DNA of 62,412 bases, counting the filler, from Collodictyon triciliatum (lineage: Eukaryota): assembly GCA_043381765.1 (NCBI GenBank). It is 24 parts of 24 records of this genome, joined end to end, with 100 filler letters (N's around TTAATTAATTAA, not from the genome) between each part and the next. Parts side by side here need not be neighbours in the genome. Positions count along the whole stretch, not along the records: positions 1 to 2,539 come from JBHJMP010008701.1; positions 2,640 to 5,177 come from JBHJMP010008702.1; positions 5,278 to 7,815 come from JBHJMP010008703.1; positions 7,916 to 10,451 come from JBHJMP010008704.1; positions 10,552 to 13,087 come from JBHJMP010008705.1; 19 more parts are not named here. One strand, 5' to 3'. Shown here piece after piece: positions 1 to 11,366 of the stretch (its first letter is position 1; every line of letters starts with the position of its first letter). Below the pieces are notes generated by a model. It was not told the DNA's origin and did no database searches. It worked only from the letters and a program-made list of their open reading frames with translations. The position numbers were made by a program, and so were the translations under genes.

Positions 1-111
1 GAGAAAATAATGACGGTTCTTTTTTATCCTTTCTTTTACCCTTTTTCAACATTTTTTTTTTTTTTTTTTGGTATTTACTCTATGTATCTTCTCATTATTA
101 TTTTTTTATAG

Positions 112-630
112 CGAGAAGTCCAAACGAGTTCGAATCGTAGATGATGACTCAGATGGGAGCACGCCATCAGAATCTGAAATGCACGAGGTGGAAAACACAA
201 TATCTTCATATATGGATTCGATTGATACGGTCCTTGGTACGAGCAGGCGAGACCGAAATGCGGCATCTGTGATGCATGCCGACACGTATGCATATGATGC
301 GGATATCGTAAGGATTTTAGATTGGACATGCTTCACTATGTTCATGTGCTTGGGTCATTCGGCTATTATTTCAGACTATGTTTGGCGTATATTCATTTTA
401 TATTATTTTATGGGCTCTATGGGGAGCGAATGTATGTACTGTTTCTCAATCACACCCTACTGCAGAATAGTTTGATGATGTTATTTCTTTCACCAAATAT
501 ATAGGCACCTGGAGATTACGTGGCTGCATCTCTCTCTCCTACGCCCTCATTCCGGACGCCTGGTTATTTGCTAGTGACTGCAAAATCCCGTTCATCACGA
601 AGCGAGACAGGCGAGCAACAGGAACCGTAG
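112..630 (+). CDS. 3' exons of an unassigned spliced gene
   Basis: AG acceptor after a T-rich tract at about 111, open exon SKRVRIVDDDSD...DADI, GTAAGG donor at about 308, TAG acceptor at about 505, second exon ending TAG at about 630. No family recognised. Confidence 0.4.
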
Positions 631-950
631 TTGCCAAACGCAAAACCTTGTCCAATTCAATGCTTCTGACCTACACATGCTATCCACTCTTGCTTAATAA
701 CATATGTAACTAAAGGAATTCATTTCCCCGTGGATGCTGAATTAGTGATGGTGCCTGAGCATACGACGAAAACAAACATCCGAATATTGAGTAGTTGTAT
801 GTCAGCGGTTGAATGCTGTAAGTTCCTTGCGATGAGATACATTGCATTCACAATTTCAAAGACAAACAAACCTCGACGTGAATCAAAGATTTCAATACAG
901 CACAAGCGCATGCACCCACATTTTTCCTTTTCTCATCGGGCATACACCGA

Positions 951-1307
951 ACAAAGAACGCGAAATTATGAGAGTTGATGTTCGCTGATGCAACGGAGAA
1001 CGCGAAGTTATTAGAGTTGATGTTCGCTGATGCAACGGAGAACGCGAAGTTATGAGAGTTGATGTTCGCTGATGCAACGGAGAATGCGAAGTTATGAGAG
1101 TTGATGTTCGCCGATGCAACACAGAACGCGGAATTATGAAAGTTGATGTTCGCTGATGCAACACAGAATGCGAAGTTATGAGAGTTGATGTTCGCCGATG
1201 CAACACAGAACGCGGAATTATGAAAGTTGATGTTCGCTGATGCAACGGAGAACGCGAAGTTATTAGAGTTGATGTTCGCTGATGCAAGGGAGCGCGAAGT
1301 TATGAGA
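951..1307. repeat. 42-bp tandem minisatellite, 8 copies plus a partial
   Basis: Unit GAGTTGATGTTCGCTGATGCAACGGAGAACGCGAAGTTATGA starts at 972, 1014, 1056, 1098, 1140, 1182, 1224 and 1266. There are no spacers; copies 4 and 6 are identical variants. Confidence 0.97.
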
Positions 1308-1324
1308 CACAACCACACAGCCAC

Positions 1325-1331
1325 TATATAA
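1325..1331 (+). promoter_or_regulatory. Candidate TATA box (TATATAA)
   Basis: Lies between the 42-bp array and the ATG at 1412. Confidence 0.35.
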
Positions 1332-1411
1332 GGACATACCAAGAATTGAGAGTCACTAGGAGAGCCATCACATCAAACACGATACAACCGAAATCCAATC
1401 AAGCCGGAGCG

Positions 1412-2053
1412 ATGGGCACCATCTTTTCATACCAGAGCAATCCCACATTCAAGCCAGACCCCCCAGGAGATACGAAGGGAGAGTCTGAGCTGCAAGAATT
1501 TAGTTTGTCCCACGCATTAGCACCAAGGCAACAAGGAAAAGTCCTCTACCTCTCACCAAGTGTGTACGAAGATTTCGAAAAGTTTGATGACAAGGTTGAG
1601 TACTACACTTTTCTTTCTGGCAGCAGCTCCCTAGGAAGCGTTGGGGTTGGTCACGCACAGATTTGCTTCCGTCCGGTTGGGGATTCAGCCCGCAGCGCAA
1701 AAGTTCATTTGGTCGTCGTTGGAGATTACTGGATTCCTTTAGTAGAGAAAACCGAGTGGAAGCCAGGCAGCAGAAATATTACCTTGTCCATGGAAAAATG
1801 GAACAAGGAAAGTGTTCTCAACTTACTTGCACAATTCAGCTCTGAGTTTGGAACGTATACTCTTCTTCACAACTGCATGACCTTCTCGTTTGGTACCGTG
1901 AAGAAGATGAGGGAAAACCAGGCAAATTACAGGCTGGAGGGAGTCTCAACGGTAAAAGAGTTTAAGGACATAGCCAAAAAAAGAGGCTTTTATGTTGAGA
2001 TTACAGAAAACCAACCCACCGCAAAGCGTATCGAGGAGTTGACGCAAAAATAA
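1412..2053 (+). CDS. Intronless permuted NlpC/P60 papain-fold protein (LRAT/PPPDE-like), probably N-myristoylated
   Basis: First ATG gives MGTIFS (MGxxxS). His motifs GHAQICF and VHLVV precede YTLLHNCMTF, resembling the Y-x-L-x(2,3)-N-C-x-x-F catalytic Cys motif of LRAT/PPPDE families. Confidence 0.6.
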   Translation: MGTIFSYQSNPTFKPDPPGDTKGESELQEFSLSHALAPRQQGKVLYLSPSVYEDFEKFDDKVEYYTFLSGSSSLGSVGVGHAQICFRPVGDSARSAKVHLVVVGDYWIPLVEKTEWKPGSRNITLSMEKWNKESVLNLLAQFSSEFGTYTLLHNCMTFSFGTVKKMRENQANYRLEGVSTVKEFKDIAKKRGFYVEITENQPTAKRIEELTQK

Positions 2054-2539
2054 GGTTGGATACAGATTCTTGCTCCTCTCTTTATTAGATTTTTTTATGC
2101 TGACTTCAAACTGCTTCCAGAAAAAAATTCCATCAGATTCGTAATGCATTTTTCATGCCTTATGCACAACTTTATCAGTATAATTCGATATGTATCTTAT
2201 TTTTTTATTTTTATTTTTTTACTTTTTATGAAGGGGCGCCGAAGCCTGCTCCCACCCTAACAATCACTGCAGCAACAATAGCACAAGGTATTATCGTGCA
2301 ATCGTAATCAACAATACCTACCATAGCTGGGATACGAGCTCCTCAAGCGAATGGAAAGAATAAAAAGATATCTTAAACGAAACTGAATACGTTTTTTTTT
2401 TGTTTGTAATACATGATATAGACTATAGAACTTTGGGGTGAAATAAATTCCTTTCAGAAGGGCAGATGCCACAAACATGTCATAGAAAAACAATGAATAT
2501 TTCATGAAAAACAAACAAAAAAAAAAAAAAAAAAAAAAA

Positions 2540-2639
2540 NNNNNNNNNNNNNNNNNNNNNNNNNNNNNNNNNNNNNNNNNNNNTTAATTAATTAANNNNN
2601 NNNNNNNNNNNNNNNNNNNNNNNNNNNNNNNNNNNNNNN
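2540..2639. other. Artificial contig linker N44-TTAATTAATTAA-N44 (first of 23, recurring about every 2.63 kb up to 59790-59889)
   Basis: Identical 100-nt block with a stop-in-all-six-frames 12-mer. It separates unrelated contigs of near-equal, roughly decreasing length. Confidence 0.98.
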
Positions 2640-3380
2640 GTCAGAACCCTAGTTGCGGCGTTGTCGTGTAGCTTCTTGATAAGTGTGGTGAACTTTGAGC
2701 AGAATCCTCGCTTTTTTAGGATGATTTCTAGGGCTTCATGGTTCACATGGTCATATGCTTTCTCAAGGTCGTAGAATATCATGATGCGTGGGTCTTTGGA
2801 GACTTGACATTCCATGTATTCCTTGTTAACGAGCCATATGTTTGTGTCGATGTTCCTGCCACGCATGAATCCTATTTGCCCCTTTGATATGAGCCTATCG
2901 GCGATATCGGAGATTCGATTTCTTAGGATTGTGGCAAATATCTTGTAGTCGTTGTTGAGCAGCGATATCGGGCGCCAGTCTCTGAGGCCAGTTGCATCCT
3001 CTTTCTTTGGGATTAGACGCACCATTGCTTCTGTAAAGCCATCCGGGATGTTATCTGCATCTGCAATCAGGCTATTTAGGAGTCCCAGGAGGGATGTCTT
3101 GATGATTTGGAAGAAGGTGGCGTACGCTTCACTAGGTAGACGGTCAGGTCCTGGTGCTTTGCGCTTTGGCATGGACTTGATAGCGCTACACAATTCGCTG
3201 TCATCAATGTCTTTGACCGTGGATTCTGCCTCCCTTTCGTTCGCCACAGAGCAGTTGTTTGTTACCAGCCCGAGGGTTGCACGGTCAAAGTCTCGTTTCT
3301 TCCACACATCGGTGTAGAAGTTTTGGATGTTGGTTTTGCCAATCTCTTCAGGTGGCAGCGGTTCATTCCCATCCGGGTAC
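2640..3380 (-). mobile_element. L1/Tx1-like LINE reverse transcriptase fragment (5'-truncated, runs off contig)
   Basis: KAPGPDRLP, LIPKK, WRPISLLNNDYKI, QIGFMRGR and DLEKAYDHVNH are RT motifs of non-LTR retrotransposons. Confidence 0.95.
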
Positions 3381-3539
3381 GAAGTTCGAGGTACAGAATA
3401 ATATCGAACCCAATCCGCGTATTGAATATAATGATAGTTAAAAGAACAAGGAATGCTAGTTCCAAAGTTTGTGTGGTTGATTAAGATAAAAATTAGATTT
3501 AGGTGCATATTAACTTTTTTTTTTTTAGGGTTGATGAAA

Positions 3540-4870
3540 ATTTCTCCTTGTGCCAGGTCTATCAGATGTACAGCAGGCTGTTTACGGAGCGTCTCTTTGT
3601 AAATTTATTTTTCTGTGGCGGTTTGTCAGCATTTTCTTCCTTATTATCTTTTCCTCAATAGAACTTCAATCCAAATTTATCATTTCGGTGTCTATGAGAC
3701 TGTCCTGAGATTGACTCTTAACTAATTGGCGGTACCGATCCACTAGAACCCAAGTGGCACCGAAGACCTGTAAAACCTCAAATAAGACTGTGCTCCTTAA
3801 AATAACAAATTGCCTTCAAAACATCTACATCGCACTCTATTAAATCTATTTCTCTGAATAAAAAGAAAAGAAAAGAAAGAGAAAAAGAAAGAGAAAAAGA
3901 AAGAGAAAGAGAAAGAGAAAAAGAAAGAGAAAAGAAAAAGAGAGGGAAAGAAAAAGAAATTAAAGAAGCTGCTGATTCAAATGTTCCTACCACAATAGAT
4001 ATACAGCACACTGTTATCCCTACGCTGCCACCGGATGAATCGTTGTTCATGTACGCGAGGATGATAGACTAATATCACATACCCTTGACATTAGAATCTC
4101 CTCAAACGCTCCGTTCTAGTCACAAACATGACAAAAAAGTGTGTCGAATATTTTCACCTGTATCATTTTCACGGATGTTATTGCCATCGATGTTGTGTTA
4201 CTTCTGAAAGTGGACATGGGCCTGGTGACAGCAGTCCCACGAATAATTAGCGACCTCATTTACATTCTTCACAAAAACAAAAACAAACAAAAACAAACAA
4301 AAACAAGTCAAACAGCACTTTTCCCTAATTTCCTCTATATGCATAGCAATCATACAAAATGATGTTAAAGTTAAACGATATTAATAATCCCAGTAGTGTG
4401 GGAATGCCCCGCCGTACCAGATATACGACACCAGAAGAAACTTGCCGCACACAAGCGTAAATGCGACAACAAGGCGATCGAAAACATCGTAGATGTACAC
4501 AGATACCACACAAATCGACAGAGACAGCAGAAGCACATAGCCGCGATACCAGTAATACTGCGGCTTGATATCATCCAGGAGGAACTTGGTGACTTTGTAT
4601 GCTGCAAACTTGGACCGATTCTCGGCCGACTCCCTACACCAGGAGGCCACCGTTATGGTTGTGGTACCCACAAATCCATTGTAGAATGCCTCGACTCGCA
4701 TATCACATCTTATCAGCATGTAAAGAACCTGTGTTTTCTGAGGAAGGCGACAGTATATAGAGGATATCCGATGATGTACACAAGAAGAATTATCCAGCCG
4801 ATGATTGCTGCAATCAGATGCAGACCTAATGCAGCAAGATGTCGTGATAGTAAGTGACACACATAAAAAA
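3540..4870 (-). CDS. Spliced gene fragment encoding a multi-pass membrane C-terminal domain
   Basis: Hydrophobic exons LIAAIIGWIILLVYIIGYPLY and KFLLDDIKPQYYWYRGYVLLLSL with GT-AG boundaries. Family unresolved. Confidence 0.4.
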
Positions 4871-5069
4871 AAAGCCAACGAAATAGTGTGTGTATGTGTG
4901 AGTCTGCTAGAGAAAGAGAGCGAAACAGCAGTGGTATATCTCATAGCTTTTTCTATACTCAGACTTTCGAAATCCTTTTCCTTGTCTTGCTTTTCTCTTA
5001 TCAATGAGGTGTTTCTTTTTTTTTTCTCCTTTTCACTCTTCTCTCATACTGCCCAAGTGAGAGTGTGAA

Positions 5070-5098
5070 AATGTGAGTGTGTGTGAGTGTGTGTGAGT

Positions 5099-5177
<79 letters not shown>
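5070..5177. repeat. (GT)n microsatellite at contig end; representative of the many simple repeats ending contigs and filling introns (e.g. 7720-7815, 15866-15958, 18233-18348, 23523-23627, 41871-42048)
   Basis: Directly visible simple repeats. Confidence 0.97.
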
Positions 5178-5479
5178 NNNNNNNNNNNNNNNNNNNNNNN
5201 NNNNNNNNNNNNNNNNNNNNNTTAATTAATTAANNNNNNNNNNNNNNNNNNNNNNNNNNNNNNNNNNNNNNNNNNNNTTCCCCCTCCCACCCATTGACTG
5301 GTCTATAAAGTTATTTTTTTTTTTTTATTTTTGGTTTTTTGTTTTTTTTTTTGGTGGGGGGGGGGGGGGGGGGGGGTAGTGGCTTCTATGCAATTTTGTC
5401 CTTATTCAATTGAAATATTTTTTGAAAAAAGGTGCTTAACAGTATCATCAGTGGAATCAAGGGTATTTTTGTAAATATG

Positions 5480-7250
5480 AGAGTTAAAAAAAAACGCCCA
5501 TTTAAATGAATCCTATTACCGTAACATTAGCACGCTCAACTTCTGGTGACGAAATCATACACACCCATTTCCACGCATCTCTAGTTAGAACTATTTCTCC
5601 AGCTACAGATATATTCAATGTTTGTCGAATATCCGAATAGATCTGATCACCACAAAGTAAGAACTCCCAATTTCCCTGCACACCTAAATTAGACAGTAGT
5701 TAAGTACTTAAAGTTGCAGAATATCAATAAAAATGTAGGAAATATATCGAAATGCATAGGAATGACAGAGTAACCTTTATAGTATTGCATGCTAGATTGT
5801 ATATAAGGCAGAAGTAGTAAAGAGGAGCGATGGATACTTCTCCTTGGTCGTAATATGTAAGAATACAAACCCCCACAATAAACTCCAAATGCTGATCCAG
5901 TGGCCAGCGCGCAATGCAGTTTGAGCTCTGCTCGAACTTGTGTTGAGGAAGTGTTTTGCTTTTCATTTTTCGAAGTCAACTGAGAGGAGGAGTGTGAACT
6001 TGGTGTCGTTATATTGATATGGTGTGTCTGATGCATTTGGAGGCACTTTAACGCGCATTTGGTGGCCCGAAGTGAGGCTACTGACATTCCCTCGTGGATG
6101 TAATGGTACTCTAGAGGTACCGAACGAGAGTCTGGAATTTTGACATCAGCTAAGTTCTTCAACCGCTTTCGAGAAAGAGGTGGTGGCCTACTTGATACTG
6201 ACACTGCAGGAGGAGGAACATTTGATACCCGCCACATAGCCATAATTGCATCGCCGGCAATTTTTATAACTGAAAAATGAAAAGGTTTTTTTTGAAAAAA
6301 AAAGCCACAAACTATCAGAATTACATCTACGATTTGTGGATATTGTATTGAGATCGATAGAAAGAGAATTTATGAAGGGCATTAATGATTATTTTGTTGT
6401 GCTTGGTACATAATTGAAGGAAAAAGGTATATTTGTATTTGTGACCAAATATGTGTGATGTGTTGGAAATGGATAGAGAAATAAAATTTTAAAAAAAAAC
6501 CATCTCCGCCATGTTCGTCTATGACGTCGATGATTCCTCCAAAGTATGAGTTCAAATGCCTATCGAGAGAGACAGACCAAGTAAAAGAGAAAAGACGTAA
6601 CTAATGAGTGAACTTTGAGAAATTAAATGAACTGTATGGCTCGTTCATAGTAAGGAGGAATATCATAATAAGAATTGCAGTCTCATTATGAGGACACTTT
6701 CGCAAGATGATTTCATTTGTATACGTTAGAAGTATTTACCATTAATTTACATATAATATCATAAGCTTCAATATTCTATTGCGATTTGCTATATAAAGAG
6801 TGGAAGGAGGATTGAAAGCAAAGTGGGAAAAGCCTAATATATTTCCAATTCATATTATTTCAATTTTAACTAATAAAACTGAATATTTTGTTTCTCATAA
6901 AAATGTAGTTAAATACTTTGTGAGTTGCTCTATCCCAGCTGGTCCTTGTTTTCCAAGAATCTCACTCAACTTAGTGAACCCGCTTATATCGGCAAATAAG
7001 AGGGCTAAGATGTAGATGGGTGGATAGATGGATATAATGAATTTAGTATAGCAAAATCTCCCAATTTGTGAAAGGTGATGTGAAAAATGAATCACCGAAC
7101 ACTGGAATATGGCCATGCATGTATTGATAAATCAAAGATTTTTTAGTATATATTCGATTCGAAGATTGACAGAACGAATATAAGGTACAAACCAACAGAA
7201 AACTCTTCAGCCTCAGGACAATCACGGGGTGGCCCATTAGCAGCACGGTC
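5480..7250 (-). CDS. Class III adenylyl cyclase, soluble ADCY10/sAC-like, N-terminal exons
   Basis: Spliced reading ALLFADISGFTKLSEIL..GIEQLTK|HLNSYFGGIIDVIDEHGGD|VIKIAGDAIMAMW..LKLHCALATG; GT-AG junctions keep the frame. Confidence 0.88.
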
Positions 7251-8069
7251 AGATAAATATCGAGGTAGAAAACTTACTGTAGCCTCATCAATCAAAGAAG
7301 AATCATCCACAAAAGACCCATGATGATTTGCCTGGCCACTTTACATATAGTATCGTAGTTTGGAGATAATAAAAAGTCAAGATAACGTGTCCCATAAAAA
7401 AAAAAGGATATAGTAGCAAATCTCTATGTGTATTGATATATGACACCATGATGAGAGAGAGGCTAAACTGGGTGAGTTATAATAATAATATTATCCGCAT
7501 CGAGAGAGAAAACGTACGACTCCATAGTAGCTTGTCCTCTAATTAAGGTTGTTCGGGTGGGAGTAAAGCACCAAGGAACTTAACTTAGTTCAGTTGACAA
7601 GGGGGAAAATGTGTATTCCCAAAGACAGATGTCCCTGGGAATGCCTGTTATTCACCATTTATCCTTTGGCTTTTTTTACTTTACACTTTACACTTTACAC
7701 TTTACGCTTTTCACTTTTGTTTTTTGTTTTTTTGTTTTTTTGTTTTTTTGTTTTTTTGTTTTTTTGTTTTTTTGTTTTTTTGTTTTTTTGTTTTTTTGTT
7801 TTTTTGTTTTTTTGTNNNNNNNNNNNNNNNNNNNNNNNNNNNNNNNNNNNNNNNNNNNNTTAATTAATTAANNNNNNNNNNNNNNNNNNNNNNNNNNNNN
7901 NNNNNNNNNNNNNNNAAGAAAAAAAGAAAAAAAAGAAAAAAAGAAAAAAAGAAAAAAAGAAAAAAAGAAAAAAAGAAAAAAAGAAAAAAAGAAAAAAAGA
8001 AAAAAAGAAAAAAAGAAAAAAAGAAAAAAAAGAAAAAAGAAAAAAGAAAAAAAGAAAAAAGAGAGCCAT

Positions 8070-10196
8070 CTATCGCTTAATCTGCTCGACTCGAATGTTC
8101 TCTGTGATGAAAAGGATGCGGTTGCCATTTCTTCGGTAGCTCCAGAAGAATCGAAAAGCAAACACGCTGACAGCTATGAGCGAAGTGGACAGCGTGATGC
8201 GTGGAGACATAAAATCGGATCCGAATATCACGATGCTCTTGTCTTGCGAGAAGACGGCACCAATGTTTAGTTTGCAGAGGATGGAAACGACAAGCGACCA
8301 AACACACCCGACAATCGCAAAGTTTGACGCTTTCCTGGCTTTGATGTTGAACGTATCAATCATGATGCACCATATCAGCGTATATGCACAAAATACCCAC
8401 GAAATAGCGCGATAGTCCCATCCGCACAAAACACCGGAAGATATAACAACTTTAAAAATCAGAAACATGACATACCAGTAGTCAAACGAACGTACCATGT
8501 GTCGAAGCATGGTGATGTTGGACGTGGTTATCATCTGTATTGTCATGAAAACGATGCCCAATAGCGTGACCACTATGGAAACATACCTAAACTCAACCCC
8601 AAAGTCGACCCCGATGGCGGGAATGAACGCCAGAATCGGTGAGAATGTGCCGACAACGAATCCCAGGAAATGATAGGCCCTGGACTTTAGCACCATGGTG
8701 GCTACGGGATACTTTTTCGTAATCACTCGGTGAAACAGTGTGTTCCGCGTATCATACTCGATGATTTTGCTCTCCATGATTCCAAACACCAGATACTTCT
8801 CGGCATCTGCAGCATCCAGAATCTCTTGCTCTATCACAATCGCACTCTTTTTTCTGCTTTCTTGTCGCTCTGCAATATCCGATTCTTTTTGTTTCGCCGT
8901 CGGATGTGATTTTTGGGCTTCTCCGTATGCCTGTTTCGACAATCGTCCGAATGGCAGGATGATGGATTTTTTGCTGGTATTGATGCTGTTGCTGCTACCG
9001 GTCTCGTTATTTTGCAACCTGGATACTTCATACTTGGTGTCGCGTCTTTTCTTGCGCATGTATTCTGCATCGATCTCATAAAAATGAGACAAAAACGCGA
9101 TGGTTGTTGGCCTCTTGCGTACAACGTGGGCATAAAATATGCGGAGTAGATAAACAATAATTGTGGTCAGGTTGTCGAGAGCCTGAAGCCTCACGTCCAT
9201 TATCTCAATCCCACTGCCCTCGTGGGACATCTTTTCGGTTTGAAAATCGACCAAGCGAAGCAGCATTATAAAGTACAATGGCGAATACGCCAAGATGCCC
9301 ATAAATAGAGTGGCGTTCATTTGTTTCAGATGCTTTGCAGCGTGGGCATCATATAGAACAAGGAGAAGCACCAGACTCCACGACGAATGTATTGTCGCCA
9401 AAAGATTTGATACCGAGAAGCCGTAAAGGAGAATCAGGCAGATGTGGAAAGAGACCACGTTATATACAGTGAACCAAAAGTTGAAGGATTTTGCAAGCTC
9501 CCTGACGATTCCCACGCGAATAAACAATGCATGGTGCAGGAAAAAGTTGATTGTGCACACAATCTGAAGAGGTACGTAGGTTTCTGATGGGATAAGTTGG
9601 TTCCCGAGGCAGATACACAAACAGTTTAGTGAGCAAACACACCAAATCATCGAAACCAACACAGACACGCTAGCGTGCTTGTATACAGTAGACAGCACCT
9701 TGAAAACCCTCTTATTCCGTACCAGCAGCGACAGAACCGTGTTTCGCCTCTCTATCAGCTTCGTCCTTTTTTTCAGAACCAGCTTGACGATGGAGGAGTT
9801 TTGCTTCGCTGCGCCGATGTCCTGGTGTTGTGGGACAATGTCTTCACTTTCGGCCATTATGGCGGCCTCACTAGACTGTACATCACGCTCCATATTCTGT
9901 GATGCAGTGGCGCTACTGTGCGCAATGTGAGCCTCATCAATCGCGTCGATGCCGTTCTGCGATGTCATGTCTTGCTGGTTGTCTGGGAGTCTGCTTCTTG
10001 CCGCAGCAGCATCCAAGGAATCGCGCTTTGAAGGTGTCCGGTTCAGGGATGAATGAGCGGCGTCCTGTGTTTCGGGGATGTCCTCACAGATGGGAATATG
10101 CAAGGAGTGCGAAGCGGCAGGGCGGGCGGTTTGGTTCTCTGCGGCGTTGCGCTCCGGTTTTTCCAGGTCGATGTCTTCGATCAGCTCCAGCTTCAT
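8070..10196 (-). CDS. Intronless 708-aa polytopic membrane protein with two related TM bundles
   Basis: Uninterrupted ORF with a disordered N-terminus. Two hydrophobic halves share a motif (IVRELAKSFNFWF vs MLRHMVRSFDYWY). Confidence 0.8.
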   Translation of the reverse strand: MKLELIEDIDLEKPERNAAENQTARPAASHSLHIPICEDIPETQDAAHSSLNRTPSKRDSLDAAAARSRLPDNQQDMTSQNGIDAIDEAHIAHSSATASQNMERDVQSSEAAIMAESEDIVPQHQDIGAAKQNSSIVKLVLKKRTKLIERRNTVLSLLVRNKRVFKVLSTVYKHASVSVLVSMIWCVCSLNCLCICLGNQLIPSETYVPLQIVCTINFFLHHALFIRVGIVRELAKSFNFWFTVYNVVSFHICLILLYGFSVSNLLATIHSSWSLVLLLVLYDAHAAKHLKQMNATLFMGILAYSPLYFIMLLRLVDFQTEKMSHEGSGIEIMDVRLQALDNLTTIIVYLLRIFYAHVVRKRPTTIAFLSHFYEIDAEYMRKKRRDTKYEVSRLQNNETGSSNSINTSKKSIILPFGRLSKQAYGEAQKSHPTAKQKESDIAERQESRKKSAIVIEQEILDAADAEKYLVFGIMESKIIEYDTRNTLFHRVITKKYPVATMVLKSRAYHFLGFVVGTFSPILAFIPAIGVDFGVEFRYVSIVVTLLGIVFMTIQMITTSNITMLRHMVRSFDYWYVMFLIFKVVISSGVLCGWDYRAISWVFCAYTLIWCIMIDTFNIKARKASNFAIVGCVWSLVVSILCKLNIGAVFSQDKSIVIFGSDFMSPRITLSTSLIAVSVFAFRFFWSYRRNGNRILFITENIRVEQIKR

Positions 10197-11287
10197 TTCT
10201 TTGCAGCCTTTTCACTTCGAGGTGTTTGACAAGCTGTATTTTTTTTTATTTCTCTTTCTTGTAGGATGGGGTGTTAAAGTCTTATCAAAATGCAGTTTGG
10301 TTTGTGCGTACAGGCAGACATGGAAAGAAGAGGCCTTTCCTGCTATCACTTTTTTATTTTTGTTTATTTTTGTTTATTTTTGTTTATTTTTGTTTATTTT
10401 TGTTTATTTTTGTTTATTTTTGTTTATTTTTGTTTATTTTTGTTTATTTTTNNNNNNNNNNNNNNNNNNNNNNNNNNNNNNNNNNNNNNNNNNNNTTAAT
10501 TAATTAANNNNNNNNNNNNNNNNNNNNNNNNNNNNNNNNNNNNNNNNNNNNAATCAAAAATCAAAAATCAAAAATCAAAAATCAAAAATCAAAAATCAAA
10601 AATCAAAAATCAAAAATCAAAAATCAAAAATCAAAAATCAGAAATCAAAAATCAAAAATCAGAAATCAAAAATCAAAAATCAAAAAATCAGAAAAATCAG
10701 AAAAATCAGAAAAATCAGAAAAATCAGAAATAAAAAGTAAAAAACTTATAGCCACATACCAGTTACTTTCGCCATCTATAATGAAAAAGAGAAAGTCAGT
10801 TGTATGAAACATAAGTACAAGCTCAAGTAGTCCACCAAGCACGAGTTAAATCGAAAATGACGTCTCCACCGGTCCACCATTATTAACACAAATTAATTAT
10901 AGTATTCCGAATTGGAGGAGCATATAAGCCAAGACCATCCTGGTGGGAGGTGCCGCGTAAGATAGCAACACCGATTTTTTTAATTGATTATGTTCAGTAT
11001 TCAACTGATCATTTTTGTAAAATGAACCTTACTGTTGGTAATATAGAGCATTTTTACAAATAATAATTTCGATGGTATTTTATGGAATGACTTTAGAGCA
11101 TATAATTCACGATTGTTAAATACAAGTTTACACTGAAAAATATCACACATTCCGACATAGTATTGTCCAGTATGCCTTGCAATTAATGGGTCGTCTCCAA
11201 CTAGATTTCGCACTCTTTTGAGTCATCTGCAAGAGAGGCATGCAGAAGTTTGTATATAATTCATAGATACCGCATATTCAAGAGAAG

Positions 11288-11366
<79 letters not shown>

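Noticed and set aside
951-1307. CRISPR array
   Set aside because: Units are head-to-tail with no unique spacers, there are no cas genes, and the context is eukaryotic.
2584-2595. Recurrent palindrome TTAATTAATTAA as a biological site
   Set aside because: Always centred in an N-run; it is an assembly linker.
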